DNA from: Laetmonice hystrix
Taxonomy: Eukaryota
Length of the DNA stretch: 64,000 nucleotides
Assembly: GCA_965235115.1 (NCBI GenBank)
Contig: OZ249436.1
Location: 54,128,001-54,192,000, forward strand
Direction: 5' to 3'
The notes beneath the pieces were generated by a model. The model had not been told where the DNA came from, ran no database searches, and saw nothing but the letters and a program-made list of their open reading frames with translations. Below, piece after piece: positions 63,166 through 64,000 of the stretch; position 1 is the stretch's first letter; every line of letters starts with the position of its first letter. Position numbers and translations under genes: made by a program.

Positions 63166-64000
63166 ATGTGTTACTTATACCCTGCATATTTTCACTTGTA
63201 TCAATTCATTGTCCCATCTATGGTTAAATCTTTCAAGAATTAGTCACATCTTCCACTAGATTATCTCTACAATTCCCAACCAAAGGATGTGTATAGTGAC
63301 ATACCTTGATGAAGGCGCACACGTGATTCCACCTCTGTCGACTGACTGACTGAGTTAGTAGCATGCACTAAGTGCACCGGCGGCTGCTATAGGGATATTA
63401 ATGCGCCCGTATGTGACTGGCTGAACCGGGCCACTCCCTCCTGTATCCTGGTAACGCCGCGTGACGTCACCAAGCGTCTCTCCCACGGGTGCACATGGTC
63501 ACGGCCGTCACAGATGTAGGTGCGTCCCCCGCAAGGTCACGACAAACGCGGGCAGAATGTTAAACTCTATAAGAACCCCCCCCCCCCCAATACAAGCAAG
63601 ACCCCGTCGGAGTCACAGACCCAAATAGGGTAGGGTTAATTATCTGTGGGTCTAGGAACTATGTAGGCCTACTTTGTATTATTGAGATACAGGCCATATG
63701 TGAGAACATCCGTGAAACACAGGTGTAGGCAGAACTGAGATATGGGGGGTTACCAACTGAGATGGCGGGGGGGGGGGGGGGGGGGGGTCCCAACCATCAA
63801 CCATAATATTAGTAATTCATTTAGATCTATTTAGTTATTTATTTAGCTATTAATTATCTTTTTTGGGGGAGGGGGGTTCCGGGCAACCCGGAAGCCCCTC
63901 TGCGGCTAGAAACATGAATCGCATTTGAAACTCACATATCTTCATCCATCATTTGTAGAAACTCTTTTATCTGGAAGTGTTTTCGAGATATTAATCGTTG

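Overview
Eukaryotic (invertebrate animal) genomic DNA. One protein-coding gene dominates the window: a + strand Dachs-like unconventional myosin (class XX). I assembled it by hand from 24 GT-AG coding exons (5266..56391). The phases are consistent and sum to 4530 nt, i.e. 1509 aa plus stop. The protein has a long S/T/P-rich N-terminus, a diverged motor domain, one IQ motif, a G/S/P-rich insert and an SH3-like C-terminal region. Three very large 5' introns are filled with mobile DNA. This includes a 5-kb nested stack (Academ-like TIR element holding a SINE, an EnSpm-like MITE, an L1/Tx1 LINE fragment and two more MITEs), a Helentron-type element with a CRE-rich ~145-bp array, and two minisatellites. 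The most unusual feature is a five-fold tandem duplication of one splice acceptor: only the last copy keeps the reading frame. No new multi-gene system is evident. Family assignments come from motif recognition and recollection, not from database searches.
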